Virus record (IMG/VR): IMGVR_UViG_2778261164_000001
Span: 20,803 to 84,802 of that record
DNA: 64,000 nt
Origin: a virus
Lineage: Duplodnaviria > Heunggongvirae > Uroviricota > Caudoviricetes
Direction: 5' to 3' (one strand)
Positions 12,056 through 21,943 of this stretch are shown here, in pieces. Every line of letters starts with the position of its first letter. The stretch's first letter is position 1. The notes beneath the pieces were generated by a model that saw only the letters and a program-made list of their open reading frames with translations, ran no database searches and was not told where the DNA came from. The position numbers and the translations under genes are program-made.

Positions 12056-12659
12056 GACTGTTTTTTGTGTCGGTAGCGGTCCTTCACTCACTCGTGAGGA
12101 CTGTGCTGCTATAGAAAAAACTGGCTGTTCAATCATCGCGGTTAACAATTCCTGGCAGATGTTCGATGACATTTATGCCTTATACGCCGGTGATTTGTCA
12201 TGGTGGAAGCAATACGGTTCCACCATACCGGGAGGGAGGTTCCGCAAAGTGACAGCCAACCTGGCAGCGGCGAAATCATTTTCGTTGGAGTACAGGCGAT
12301 ATTGTGGACCGGCGGAAGGGGTAAATAGCGGCGCGCAGGCTATCAGTCTGGCGGCTGAATCAGGGGCTGAAGTAGTTGTATTAGTCGGCTATGACTGTTC
12401 TCTGCAAAACGGCCTTCATTGGCATGGGGCGCACCCTCAAGCACTACGGAATCCAACGCAGGTATCTATTTCAAAATGGCAACAGCAGTTCCTGGATACC
12501 CGCAAAAAACACGCAGATTTACATATTTTGAATGCAAGTAGGAGCAGTGCAATTCAATGTTTCCCAAGAATAAATTTAGAGGCAGTGATCGCGTTATTAT
12601 CGTCGGCAGTGGCCCAAGCGCCGCAAACTTTGTTGCGCCGCGCGGAGTGCCGATTATAG
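11997..12659 (+). CDS. GSGPS-motif protein (DUF115/Maf-like putative transferase)
   Basis: VFCVGSGPS...IIAVNNSW motif; paralogous to the next gene; start uncertain, C-terminal tail overlaps the paralog. Confidence 0.45.
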   Translation: MLAWRLNLQLRMNIPPRATRTVFCVGSGPSLTREDCAAIEKTGCSIIAVNNSWQMFDDIYALYAGDLSWWKQYGSTIPGGRFRKVTANLAAAKSFSLEYRRYCGPAEGVNSGAQAISLAAESGAEVVVLVGYDCSLQNGLHWHGAHPQALRNPTQVSISKWQQQFLDTRKKHADLHILNASRSSAIQCFPRINLEAVIALLSSAVAQAPQTLLRRAECRL

Positions 12660-13183
12660 CGGTCAATGGGGCCATCGACTGGCTTAACCGCGCTTCTTAT
12701 TTTTTCACACTTGATCCATCGCCAGACAATATGCGGCGCGTTGGTCGTGGCCGCCGTCGCCGTGGTGTTTGTTATTGCATGGCACTACCCGATGTTAAAG
12801 AACGTGAAGTCAGAGATGGCGTTCTGTGCTTCCGTCGTGTGGCTGAACGCGGCACGGAGCCAAAAAATACGAATTCTCCCGAGTGGTGGGCGTGGCGCTG
12901 GTCCGCACATTTCGGCCTTTGCGAAGATGAGAATGAAATTGCCAGCGGCAATAGTGCATATGGTGCTCTGAACCTGGCTTTCCATATCGGATTCAAACAT
13001 GTAGCCCTGGTGGGCGTTGACGCTACGCAAGAACCACGCGTTCACTCCGGCGGCACGCCAAAAAATCTAAGTCACCTGCCTTTGTTATTCCAGTCTGCGC
13101 GTGAACAGATTGACGTTGTTTCATGCGGGAAAATGGGAGGTATTCCGCAGATGACTCTTAAAGAATGGCTGAAGAATACATGA
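12557..13183 (+). CDS. GSGPS-motif protein, paralog of the preceding gene
   Basis: [10 protein letters not shown]...[10 protein letters not shown] mirrors the upstream paralog; overlaps it by about 100 nt in another frame. Confidence 0.45.
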   Translation: MFPKNKFRGSDRVIIVGSGPSAANFVAPRGVPIIAVNGAIDWLNRASYFFTLDPSPDNMRRVGRGRRRRGVCYCMALPDVKEREVRDGVLCFRRVAERGTEPKNTNSPEWWAWRWSAHFGLCEDENEIASGNSAYGALNLAFHIGFKHVALVGVDATQEPRVHSGGTPKNLSHLPLLFQSAREQIDVVSCGKMGGIPQMTLKEWLKNT

Positions 13184-13857
13184 TGGCACCCACAATTTAT
13201 CACCGTATCGACGGTACCAAATACAGGAATGTCTGGGTTGTTGGTGATCTGCATGGTTGCTACACCAGACTGATGTCCGAACTCCATCGTGTGGATTTTG
13301 ACCCGGCGCAGGATTTACTGATATCGGTCGGCGACCTTATCGATCGCGGTACTGAAAATGTCGAATGTCTGGAACTATTGCAGATGCCCTGGTTCAGGGC
13401 AGTGATGGGGAACCATGAGCGGTTGATGCTCGATGCGTTAAGTCCTGATGGCAACGTGAATAACTGGCTAATGAATGGTGGACAATGGTTCTTCATGTTG
13501 GACACTGATCAGGAAATATTAGCCAGGGTGCTGGTGGAGCTGGTAAGACGTCTGCCCTATATCATTGAGTTGAACACCGGGCAAGAAACTATCGTTATAG
13601 CCCATGCCGACTATCCGGATAATGAATATCAATTCGGTAAGGAGGTGCCGCTTTTCAACGTTGTCTGGGCGCGCGAGCGTATCAGTGATTCGATGGATGA
13701 TATTGGTGGCGAAATTTCTGGCGCAGATCGTTTTATCTTTGGTCACACTCCGGTGAAAAGCCCGAAGACATTCTGGAATCAGCATTATATCGACACTGGT
13801 GCCGTATTTTGCGGAAACCTGACATTGATGAAAGTGAAAGGTGATGGTGCAGCATGA
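13180..13857 (+). CDS. ppp: serine/threonine protein phosphatase, lambda PPase family
   Basis: Near-collinear with lambda phosphatase as recalled: [37 protein letters not shown] metallophosphoesterase motifs. Confidence 0.85.
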   Translation: MMAPTIYHRIDGTKYRNVWVVGDLHGCYTRLMSELHRVDFDPAQDLLISVGDLIDRGTENVECLELLQMPWFRAVMGNHERLMLDALSPDGNVNNWLMNGGQWFFMLDTDQEILARVLVELVRRLPYIIELNTGQETIVIAHADYPDNEYQFGKEVPLFNVVWARERISDSMDDIGGEISGADRFIFGHTPVKSPKTFWNQHYIDTGAVFCGNLTLMKVKGDGAA

Positions 13858-14555
13858 AGATTGCTTTAGTTCTTCGCTCTGGTGGTGACTATAACGCTTC
13901 CGATGTGCAGTGGCTGGTTAATCAACTGCCAAAAGGCTATGAAATTATTTGCCTGACAGACCTGAAGCGTTTACATGTACCTGGCGTCAAAGTTGTCCCA
14001 TTGATCAACCAGTGGCAAAAGTGCCGTGGCTGGTGGGCGAAAATCGAGTTGTTCCGACCGGATATAACCGATGATCTGTTCTATCTGGATTTGGACACAG
14101 TTATTGCCGGTGATATACGCCCAATCCTTGAGAATCCACCAACCAGCTTCACCATGCTTAGGGATTTTTACCATCCACAATATCGTGGTAGCGGTGCCCT
14201 GTGGATACCAAATAGTGTAAAAGCACATATCTGGAGTTCATTCTGGCAAGATCCGGAAGGTTGGATTTCTCGTTGTGTCACTACTGAGTGCTGGGGTGAT
14301 CAGGGGTTCTTACGGAAGGTTATGGGCGATGATACACCAGCATTTCAGGATCTGTATCCAGGATGGTTTGTAAGTTACAAGGCCGATGTTGTGGAACCTG
14401 GTTCAAAATATGCGAGCGCGCGTTACTCCAGGGGGAATGGGACATTACCAAAGGACTGCCGAATAATCTTTTTCCACGGCAAACCGCGGCCTCGCGAAGT
14501 GTCAGAGGATTGGCTTCCCCTCATTAGCTCGTTTTTTGAGCGAGAATCAGAATAA
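13854..14555 (+). CDS. hypothetical protein (weak DxD-like motif YLDLDTVI)
   Basis: 233-aa ORF coupled to the phosphatase gene (ATGA overlap). Confidence 0.5.
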   Translation: MKIALVLRSGGDYNASDVQWLVNQLPKGYEIICLTDLKRLHVPGVKVVPLINQWQKCRGWWAKIELFRPDITDDLFYLDLDTVIAGDIRPILENPPTSFTMLRDFYHPQYRGSGALWIPNSVKAHIWSSFWQDPEGWISRCVTTECWGDQGFLRKVMGDDTPAFQDLYPGWFVSYKADVVEPGSKYASARYSRGNGTLPKDCRIIFFHGKPRPREVSEDWLPLISSFFERESE

Positions 14556-14556
14556 T

Positions 14557-14624
14557 ATTGCTCTAATAATTCCATATTTTTAAAACGTGATGTACACTCA
14601 TCACGTTTTTTATTAGAGCAATCT
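14557..14624. promoter_or_regulatory. pair of inverted C1 operator-like sites flanking a terminator hairpin
   Basis: ATTGCTCTAATAATTCC (14557-14573) and the reverse complement of AGATTGCTCTAATAAAA (14608-14624). Confidence 0.5.
14582..14612 (+). terminator. rho-independent terminator (symmetric, possibly bidirectional)
   Basis: AAAACGTGATG-TACACT-CATCACGTTTT followed by a T run. Confidence 0.55.
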
Positions 14625-14636
14625 ATAAGGTGCACT

Positions 14637-14855
14637 ATGTGGCCATTCCGACGGAAATATCACTACTGGCTGATCGCCTTTGTTACGCCGACCGGCGGTA
14701 TCAGGCATGTCATCACCAGGTATCGCAACAAGAGACTCACCTTAGCCAGAATTTTACAGGCTGCCATAGGTGAGGGACTGGATACAAATTGCGTAGTCCT
14801 TCCTCCTTCATACTTAGGAAAAATGACCGAAGCACAAGCTAATACGGAACTTTGA
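14637..14855 (+). CDS. small hypothetical protein
   Basis: 72-aa ORF directly after the operator/terminator module; stop abuts the next start. Confidence 0.35.
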   Translation: MWPFRRKYHYWLIAFVTPTGGIRHVITRYRNKRLTLARILQAAIGEGLDTNCVVLPPSYLGKMTEAQANTEL

Positions 14856-14856
14856 A

Positions 14857-16119
14857 ATGAGCACTTCAGCACAAAACCAATCAATCGAAAATGTATCTAT
14901 TCCTGATGTCCTGAATGCCGGTATTCCGGCCATTATCCAGAACATCCGGGCCGCGCAACGCCGCGTTAGTTGTGATGACCTCACAGCACGTTTTTTTGAT
15001 AATGCGGTTCAGTCAGCGGAGATGCTTCACGCACAGCTTATTGATGTTTATAACGCAGAAGCTGATAGCCATAACTCCCTGGTAGATGCAGCTGAAAATA
15101 TGCAGTTGGATCTCGGTCTGAAGGGTAAAGAAATTGAAGAGCTTCAGCTGGAAATTGAACATTTGAAACGCCAGCAACAGGACGCGATCGAAGATGCGAC
15201 GCATGACGCCAACCAGCGTGCTGATAATGCCGAACGTATAAGCATTGAGCTGGAAACAAAACTCAATGAAATGACCGCGATGGTTGTGCTGCGGAACTCA
15301 CAGATTTCAACTCTAAAATCTCAATATAAAGAGATCATGAAACTTGATCCTTTTAACCTTGAGAAACGCTATAACAAAGCTAAAAGCGAGCGACAGGAAC
15401 TGCGTAAGCAGGTCGCCGACCTTAACCAACAGCTCAAAAAAACTATTAAAGATGCAAGCGAGGCGCGCGTGGCATTTGCTAATAAAAAAGCAGAGGTTAC
15501 CGCGCTGGTTAATGAGAATGCCAAATTTGCGACGCTCAAGAAGGAAATGTATGGCATTACTGAGCGCCGTTTCCCTGCAAGCAAACTTCATCCGACGTTA
15601 GGGCAAATCTCCTTCTTCCCGCGCCTCCTGGCTTATGGGATCTCATCGCCTAAAGAGTTCAATAACGAGCGTCCTTATATCGTTTCTAAGCTGGACTTTG
15701 CTTATCAGTTCTGCTGCGACATGGGCTATGCCATTGATATCCGAATCAACGAATGGTTGATGCCAAACTTCCAGCCGTTGGCAATTTTCCGCGAGTTCCA
15801 GCCGGAAGGTTGGGTAGAGTTCTTCCATGAATTGATCTGTAAAGAAATGGAAAGCCGCCGCCCGGAATTGGTCCGTCGAGTTGAGTGGGCGCAAGAGGTT
15901 ATGTTGGCAGATGCAGAGCTGCCGTTCGAACCGGAATTCATTGATGATCTGGCAACTAAAGGGTTGCATACCCTGTTTGATGTGGTTACCCGCCGTCATG
16001 AGCAGTTGGTTGTCGAATTGGGTTTAGAGAAAACAGCGGCAAGAAGACTTCTTGATGTTTGCTATGCACGTAGCGATGCATGGGAAAAAGAGAACGGCGG
16101 CACTATTTACGTTCGCTGA
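14857..16119 (+). CDS. hypothetical protein with N-terminal coiled coil
   Basis: 420 aa; residues about 60-230 are heptad-rich (Glu/Leu/Lys/Gln); distinct C-terminal globular region. Confidence 0.55.
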   Translation: MSTSAQNQSIENVSIPDVLNAGIPAIIQNIRAAQRRVSCDDLTARFFDNAVQSAEMLHAQLIDVYNAEADSHNSLVDAAENMQLDLGLKGKEIEELQLEIEHLKRQQQDAIEDATHDANQRADNAERISIELETKLNEMTAMVVLRNSQISTLKSQYKEIMKLDPFNLEKRYNKAKSERQELRKQVADLNQQLKKTIKDASEARVAFANKKAEVTALVNENAKFATLKKEMYGITERRFPASKLHPTLGQISFFPRLLAYGISSPKEFNNERPYIVSKLDFAYQFCCDMGYAIDIRINEWLMPNFQPLAIFREFQPEGWVEFFHELICKEMESRRPELVRRVEWAQEVMLADAELPFEPEFIDDLATKGLHTLFDVVTRRHEQLVVELGLEKTAARRLLDVCYARSDAWEKENGGTIYVR

Positions 16120-16191
16120 TAGTTACAGTGTCACTTTTAATGCTGGTGGAGTGCGCCCACCAGCATTTTTTTCGTCCAATGAGGAGGGCAT

Positions 16192-16698
16192 TTGAGTATT
16201 TTCAATAAACACGCACGCCAGGAACGTCCGTACATCGTCATAGTAGATATTGATGGGACGATATCAGAGGCAACGGAAGACAGGCTGCATTTGCTTCCAC
16301 CACCAGGTAAAGGTGCATTAACAAAGGACTGGAACGAGTTTAATCTCGCCTGTGACACCGATACTCCCATCACTCCAGTTATTGATATGGTGCGCCAGTT
16401 ATTTAACGTTTACACGGTCTGGTTTGTAACCGGGCGCTGTGAGATCGCAAGGGATAAAACACGAGCTTGGCTGCGGAAGTACGTAACAAACGGGGCTGAG
16501 CCTTTGCTATCTATGCGTCCTGCCACCGATGACAGAAATGACGGCCCAGCAAAGATTGATCTCCTTAAGAAAATTGGTCTAAGTAAAATTGCGTTCGCGC
16601 TGGAAGATAAGATTGAAGTGGCGCGTGTTTTCAGGAGACACGGCGTACTTACGTTAATGGTCAGGGAGTATGAAAATGCGCTTCTCCATCAGCAATAA
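16192..16698 (+). CDS. HAD-superfamily phosphatase (candidate P1 pap-like acid phosphatase)
   Basis: HAD motif I VIVDIDGTI near the N-terminus; TTG start with GGAGGG RBS. Confidence 0.6.
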   Translation: MSIFNKHARQERPYIVIVDIDGTISEATEDRLHLLPPPGKGALTKDWNEFNLACDTDTPITPVIDMVRQLFNVYTVWFVTGRCEIARDKTRAWLRKYVTNGAEPLLSMRPATDDRNDGPAKIDLLKKIGLSKIAFALEDKIEVARVFRRHGVLTLMVREYENALLHQQ

Positions 16699-16714
16699 TT
16701 GCTCTAATAAATCT
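16698..16714. promoter_or_regulatory. C1 operator-like site
   Basis: ATTGCTCTAATAAATCT overlapping the stop codon of the HAD phosphatase gene. Confidence 0.5.
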
Positions 16715-16796
16715 TGATTTTTAAAACAGAGAAAGTGAAAATAAAAACATGCCGCAAGACGCGGCATGTATCCAATCAATCACAGGAGCTGAAAAT

Positions 16797-16883
16797 ATGA
16801 ACACGGCATTCAAAATCATTATGGCCGCGATCTATTTCTGGCTGTTCTCTATCACTTTTGGCGGCATCGTCGCACATGGGTAA
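16797..16883 (+). CDS. 28-aa hydrophobic micropeptide (MNTAFKIIMAAIYFWLFSITFGGIVAHG)
   Basis: ATG preceded by AGGAGCT RBS; single predicted TM helix; below the ORF-track size cutoff. Confidence 0.3.
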   Translation: MNTAFKIIMAAIYFWLFSITFGGIVAHG

Positions 16884-16892
16884 GGGGGATGC

Positions 16893-17618
16893 ATGAAAGG
16901 CGAAGTGAAAGAGCGCGGCATGATTTTCAACGATGAGATGGTCCGGGCCATCCTCGAAGGAAGGAAAACGCAGACGCGGCGGATAATGAAAAATCAGCCT
17001 GCGGAAGTTGGTCCAGAAGCACCAGTGATGGTTAGAAAAATTGGTGCAGGTTTTCAGTGGTACGGGGCTGATGGTGTAAGCAGTGTTTTCAATTGCCCCT
17101 TTGGTATCGTCGGCGATCGAATTTGGGTTCGTGAAACATGGGCGATATTAGGCAATGAGGATGGTTGCAGTGTGGACTGGAACGACAACCTTTGTCGTGG
17201 CGATGAGAAGAACGCAGCAAGGATTTATCGGGCCAGTTGCGAGCAAAAACCTGGTGATTACGGCTTATGGTCGATACCCGATGATGCCGACTGGAAACCT
17301 CACACTGTGAATGAAAAGTTTGATGGTGGGTGGCGTCCATCAATTCACATGCCGCGATGGGCATCACGCATCCTGTTGGAAATTACCAACGTGCGCGTTG
17401 AGCGGTTGAACGATATCAGCGAATGCGATGCAAGGGATGAGGGCGTTCCGCCTGCTGGAAGTTTGCTTCCTGATCACCCGGGAACATTCCTTACTCCCAA
17501 GGGGGATTTCGCAATGGCCAAGGTTGCGTTCCAGCGCCTGTGGGAATCCATCTACGGCGAAGAAAGCTGGAGTGCTAATCCCTGGGTTTGGGTAATCGAG
17601 TTTGAGCGTATTCAGTAG
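16893..17618 (+). CDS. ASCH-like domain protein
   Basis: N-terminal MIFNDEMVRAILEGRKTQTRR is the characteristic start of phage ASCH-type proteins; RBS AAGGGGGAT. Confidence 0.5.
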   Translation: MKGEVKERGMIFNDEMVRAILEGRKTQTRRIMKNQPAEVGPEAPVMVRKIGAGFQWYGADGVSSVFNCPFGIVGDRIWVRETWAILGNEDGCSVDWNDNLCRGDEKNAARIYRASCEQKPGDYGLWSIPDDADWKPHTVNEKFDGGWRPSIHMPRWASRILLEITNVRVERLNDISECDARDEGVPPAGSLLPDHPGTFLTPKGDFAMAKVAFQRLWESIYGEESWSANPWVWVIEFERIQ

Positions 17619-17627
17619 GGCGAGCGT

Positions 17628-17849
17628 ATGCAATCAGTTATTTGTGAGGAAGTCGGCCTGAATAAAGCATCCCCAGCAGAGTTAAGAACAAGTCTCGAAA
17701 TGGCGCATAGCCTTGCTCAAATTGGTGTCAGGTTTGTACCAATTCCAGTTGAAACAGATGAAGAATTTCACAGGTTAGCGGCATCGGCAGCACAAAAGCT
17801 GGAAATCATGGCAGCGAAAGTAGAGAAAGCTGAAGGAGCGACAAAATGA
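17628..17849 (+). CDS. small hypothetical protein
   Basis: 73-aa ORF; compact same-strand packing. Confidence 0.4.
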   Translation: MQSVICEEVGLNKASPAELRTSLEMAHSLAQIGVRFVPIPVETDEEFHRLAASAAQKLEIMAAKVEKAEGATK

Positions 17850-18061
17850 GCAAGCCAACCGACGAAGAAATAGTTCGGGTGTTGGAAGAACACGGGCGCT
17901 GTATGACTTACGTCGTGACCAACTGGCTTAGGGATAAATATCGCACACTCAAAACGGCATACGTTTTGCGTCGTCTAAAGAAACTGGAGTTCGACGGGAA
18001 AGTAAAGCGCGTTAACAGTTCTTATATAAGACAAATTTGCTGGGAGGCATCCAGTGAGTAA
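17846..18061 (+). CDS. small hypothetical protein
   Basis: 71-aa ORF overlapping the upstream stop (ATGA). Confidence 0.4.
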   Translation: MSKPTDEEIVRVLEEHGRCMTYVVTNWLRDKYRTLKTAYVLRRLKKLEFDGKVKRVNSSYIRQICWEASSE

Positions 18062-18698
18062 CCGTTTTTACATGATGTGCTTGCGTGAAACTGTGGGTAA
18101 TAACGCCTCATTCCATTGCCATAACGGCAATGGTTACAGTTCTGATATCGATCGCGCTCATGTTTACACGCTGGAAGAAGCCCAAAAAGCCTGGAATTGT
18201 GGGCGAGATATCGATCAGCCTGTTTGTGCCGATAGTGTGGATGCAATGGCTGTGTGGCACGTTGATTGCCAGTACATCCCTACAGAAAGCCTGATTGAGT
18301 CAGATTGCACTGAGTATGTGGCCTACAAAAAAGGTAGCTGGAACGGCAACGATGTTTACTGGCTTCAACACGGTGGATTGCCAACAGATGACTTCAGTAA
18401 AGCGACCATCTTTAGCGTCGTCAACAAAAACGAACCAGGAATAGTTTGGTTGCCATTTTCCATTGCTGATGCAGCAAAGCGCCGGACGTTCAATATCAAT
18501 AACTTTAACCGCAGAACAATGGTTCAGGGCGCAGGTTTGGTCATGCCTGACTGGTTGAAAGAGCAGAACAGAAGAAAGAAGTCGCGAAGCGGGAAGGTGC
18601 GTTGGAATTGTCCGCATTGCGGAAAAATAACCTGGCAGTACAGCCCATATGATTTTGAAGGCTGTAGTGATTACAACTGTGAAGGATGGCGAGAATGA
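18054..18698 (+). CDS. hypothetical protein with C-terminal Cys-rich zinc-ribbon-like motif
   Basis: CPHCGKITWQYSPYDFEGCSDYNCEGW at the C-terminus; start uncertain (GTG 18054 or ATG 18072). Confidence 0.5.
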   Translation: MSNRFYMMCLRETVGNNASFHCHNGNGYSSDIDRAHVYTLEEAQKAWNCGRDIDQPVCADSVDAMAVWHVDCQYIPTESLIESDCTEYVAYKKGSWNGNDVYWLQHGGLPTDDFSKATIFSVVNKNEPGIVWLPFSIADAAKRRTFNINNFNRRTMVQGAGLVMPDWLKEQNRRKKSRSGKVRWNCPHCGKITWQYSPYDFEGCSDYNCEGWRE

Positions 18699-19348
18699 CA
18701 ATTGACTATCAGGTACTGCGTGAGGCGGCAGAAAAGGCAACACCAGACGAATGGGTCGCATTTATTTCGACGGATACTGGTACTTATGCGGTGCACACGC
18801 CCGGTGATGAACGATGTGAAGACGTTATCAAATGGACCGGCTTTGATGGACAGAAAAATGCAGAGAACAACGCTCGTCATGTTGCCGCGTTCAACCCAAA
18901 GGTTGCACTGGAGCTGCTTGGTGAAATTAAGTGCTTGGAGGACACAAATATTGATGCCACGTGCCGAATTTCAGAGCTTGAGACTAATCTCGCTGCGCTG
19001 GTGGCAGAGAACGCTGGGCTGAAACACGCAATGGCCGTAACTCTTGAGCATGTGTCGGTCACGGATGCAGGGCAGGCCGGAGTTGCTGCAATGATTATCA
19101 ACGATGCCCTGCACCACAGCGAAACTCCAGCTACCGATGCTTTCCTGTCTGAAGTGCGGGCGCAGGGGGTGGATGCTGCTATAGAAGCTGCAAAAAATCT
19201 GGTGGCCCAAGAATATGAGTATAAGGATTTCAAAGCGGCGCAGAGTGATTGCTGTATGCACCCTGGTTCAGACCTGGTAGGGAAGGTTGAAATGACTGAG
19301 TGGTTAGTTGACTTTGCTGCCCAGCTTCGCAAAGGAGGCAACCAGTGA
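18686..19348 (+). CDS. Ead/Ea22-like protein
   Basis: N-terminus IDYQVLREAAEKATPDEW and central coiled coil typical of the lambdoid Ea22/Ead family. Confidence 0.55.
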   Translation: MARMTIDYQVLREAAEKATPDEWVAFISTDTGTYAVHTPGDERCEDVIKWTGFDGQKNAENNARHVAAFNPKVALELLGEIKCLEDTNIDATCRISELETNLAALVAENAGLKHAMAVTLEHVSVTDAGQAGVAAMIINDALHHSETPATDAFLSEVRAQGVDAAIEAAKNLVAQEYEYKDFKAAQSDCCMHPGSDLVGKVEMTEWLVDFAAQLRKGGNQ

Positions 19349-20097
19349 GCGAAATTAATTACCAGGCACTGCGTGAGGCGGCGGAACGTGCAATTCCAGC
19401 AATGGAACGCCTGTTAATGTTGCCAGCTGATGATGATTTGTTAAGTGAACAGGAACTTAAAGATTACGGTGTGGATATTGATGCGCTCAACGCCTTCAAA
19501 TTTCTGACCGGACCAGAAACCGTGCTGGCGCTGCTGGATGAACGGGAAAGAAACCAGCAATACATAAAACGCCGCGATCAGGAGAACGAGGATATTGCGC
19601 TAACGGTAGGGAAGCTGAGAGTTGAGCTTGAGGAAGTAAAACAACACGCTGAAGAATTATCCGAAACCAAGGCTGTTCGTAACCAATGGCGGCCAGATAT
19701 TTGCCCAATAACCGGACGTGCATTTTTCATGTGGATTGAGCATCCAACATTGGGAAATGTGCCGACATATGGTGGCCCATTAGATAGTTACACCATTCCA
19801 ACAAAGGACGGTGACGGTGAGTTTTCATGTGAGCGTTACGATCATGATTTTGGCGGTTGGGTAGAAAGCGAATGTCTTGGGTTATATCTGATTGATGATA
19901 GAGAACAATGCAGGGTCTACGAACTGGAGGAACGCGTTAAGGAACTGGATGCTCGGGAAATATCGCTCCCGGAACGTAGCAGCATGCTTCATCGAACAGA
20001 TTTTCACGATGATTACCAAACGGTAATGGCATACAAAGTTTCTGAAGTCATCGCTGCAATCCGCGCCGCAGGCATTCGCATCAAAGGAGGTGAGTAA
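19345..20097 (+). CDS. Ead/Ea22-like protein, paralog
   Basis: N-terminus INYQALREAAERAIPAME parallels the upstream gene; GTG start with AAAGGAGG RBS. Confidence 0.55.
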   Translation: MSEINYQALREAAERAIPAMERLLMLPADDDLLSEQELKDYGVDIDALNAFKFLTGPETVLALLDERERNQQYIKRRDQENEDIALTVGKLRVELEEVKQHAEELSETKAVRNQWRPDICPITGRAFFMWIEHPTLGNVPTYGGPLDSYTIPTKDGDGEFSCERYDHDFGGWVESECLGLYLIDDREQCRVYELEERVKELDAREISLPERSSMLHRTDFHDDYQTVMAYKVSEVIAAIRAAGIRIKGGE

Positions 20098-20274
20098 TGC
20101 GTGTGGCATGTATCGGCTTGTTACCGTACCCGACTCGTTTTTGGGCTTCTGCGCTAATTGCAAAGCCGTATGTCCTGATGGCTGACAACATCATCCCGGC
20201 ACCAAAGCGCCGCCATACCGGTATTGCAGCGGCACGACGAGCAGCAAAGAGACGCAGGAGAGCAAAGCGATGAA
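20098..20274 (+). CDS. small basic protein (58 aa)
   Basis: ATG overlaps the upstream stop; Arg/Lys-rich C-terminus; stop overlaps the next ATG. Confidence 0.3.
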
Positions 20275-20448
20275 AAACCGTAAGGCAAAACGACTTTTTT
20301 TACAGCGACCTGTGCGTGTGGTGGAGCTGGTTATTAGCAACCATAAGATAGCGGTACTCCATCCATTTGGTCAGGTGGCTTTTGCCGCAAAGCGTAAGCC
20401 TACTGCGTCACAGAACAGGCGGAAGAAAGGGTACGCTGTAAGATGAAA
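20272..20448 (+). CDS. small basic protein (58 aa), N-terminus MKNRKAK
   Basis: Translationally coupled; shares the MKNRKAK start with the next ORF (local duplication). Confidence 0.3.
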
Positions 20449-20631
20449 AACCGTAAAGCAAAGATTCTGTTAGTTCGTAGAAACGCTCCTGGCGTCTGGC
20501 AGTGGGTGAGACTCAGCAACCGACGGATGGGGTTGATGAAATATTACGGGATGATGGATTGTGGTTTTTGCAAAAAGCCCAGCGCGGCGCAAAACCGCTG
20601 GAAAAACCACTTGCGCACTAAAGGAGAGTGA
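20443..20631 (+). CDS. small basic Cys-containing protein (62 aa), N-terminus MKNRKAK
   Basis: Paralogous start to the previous ORF; CGFC motif. Confidence 0.35.
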   Translation: MKNRKAKILLVRRNAPGVWQWVRLSNRRMGLMKYYGMMDCGFCKKPSAAQNRWKNHLRTKGE

Positions 20632-20632
20632 T

Positions 20633-21148
20633 ATGGCGTTAACACACCGCGAACTCTGTCAGATTGCGTATAAGTTCCTTAAGCGCAACGGGTTCAAGGT
20701 TTGTTTTCATGACCGCTTTATAGCTGTAACCAGTACCGGAGAACAGCCAGATGCTATGGGATTCAGAAATTCAGCATCATGCCTGATAGAGGCGAAGTGT
20801 TCTCGTGCTGACTTGTTGGCAGATAGAAAAAAGCGTTTTCGTAAAAATCCATCTCTTGGAATGGGCGACTGGCGATTCTTTATTAGTGAGCCGGGAATTA
20901 TTTCAGTTGAGGATTTACCACCTGGCTGGGGATTACTTCACGTTGTTAACGGAAGAGTACGGAAAGTACATGGGTGGCCCAAGGGTAATTGCTGTTGGGG
21001 TAATCCTGACGATAAGCCATTTACTGGAAATAAGCAGGTTGAATGCGATTACATGTTATCTGCATTAAGGCGCATGGAGTTGAGAGGGCACCTTAATGAA
21101 ATATATGACGGTGTAATTGTTAATAAGAAAGAAGGAAACGCGGCATGA
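20633..21148 (+). CDS. hypothetical protein
   Basis: ATG at 20633 with AAAGGAGAG RBS (track ORF 20561 trimmed); 171 aa. Confidence 0.5.
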   Translation: MALTHRELCQIAYKFLKRNGFKVCFHDRFIAVTSTGEQPDAMGFRNSASCLIEAKCSRADLLADRKKRFRKNPSLGMGDWRFFISEPGIISVEDLPPGWGLLHVVNGRVRKVHGWPKGNCCWGNPDDKPFTGNKQVECDYMLSALRRMELRGHLNEIYDGVIVNKKEGNAA

Positions 21149-21861
21149 TCACTATTACCAAAGAGCGACTACTGACAATCAAGCAGTGGCGCGAAACATA
21201 CGGACCTGGTAGCAACGTTGTACTGCCAGCAGAAGAGGCGGAAGAACTGGCACGAATTGCGCTGGCATCGCTGGAAGCAGATCCAGTTGCTTATATTTTC
21301 AAACATCCGGCCGGGAAATTATTCTGGTCTTTAACGGATGAAAGCAATAAAGAGCAAGCGGACGTTATTCCTGTTTATGCTGCCGCGCCTGCGTCGGTTG
21401 TGCCGGATAATGCATCAGAGCCTCTTGCTTATGCTTACAAAGAGCTTACGCCTGAGATTATGCGCAACCATTTAGCTGTATTCGAGCGATATGGAATAGC
21501 CCCAAACGATAGCTCTACCACAATTCAGGCACTGCGAATCGCGCTGGATGGCATAGAGCGGAGCGACGCCATGCTTCATGGTGCCGAACCTGTAAGCCAA
21601 ACTTACAAGTTGAACCAGCTATCGGGCAACTCTCCGGCAACTCCGGATGGTTGGATAAGCTGTAGTGAGCGAATGCCGAATACCAAAACAGCCGTTCTTG
21701 TTGCCGTGGAGTTTGACAGGAAAGGTGACTGGCGAATGAAATGGGCTACTTACATCCCCGGGCATCCTGACGCTAATGATGGGTGGATAATTCCTGGTGC
21801 GTCGTGGAAACCGTCACACTGGATGCCGCTACCAGAACCGCCGCAGGAGGTGAATCAATGA
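21145..21861 (+). CDS. protein with DUF551-like C-terminal domain
   Basis: C-terminus ...DGWIIPGASWKPSHWMPLPEPP matches the typical DUF551 ending. Confidence 0.55.
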   Translation: MITITKERLLTIKQWRETYGPGSNVVLPAEEAEELARIALASLEADPVAYIFKHPAGKLFWSLTDESNKEQADVIPVYAAAPASVVPDNASEPLAYAYKELTPEIMRNHLAVFERYGIAPNDSSTTIQALRIALDGIERSDAMLHGAEPVSQTYKLNQLSGNSPATPDGWISCSERMPNTKTAVLVAVEFDRKGDWRMKWATYIPGHPDANDGWIIPGASWKPSHWMPLPEPPQEVNQ

Positions 21862-21943
21862 GCTGGCCTGAAGCATTCACCACGGTAGGAATTGTGATGG
21901 CGGCAGCACTGGGTTTGTATTCAATTTGTCGCTGGTGGTAACG

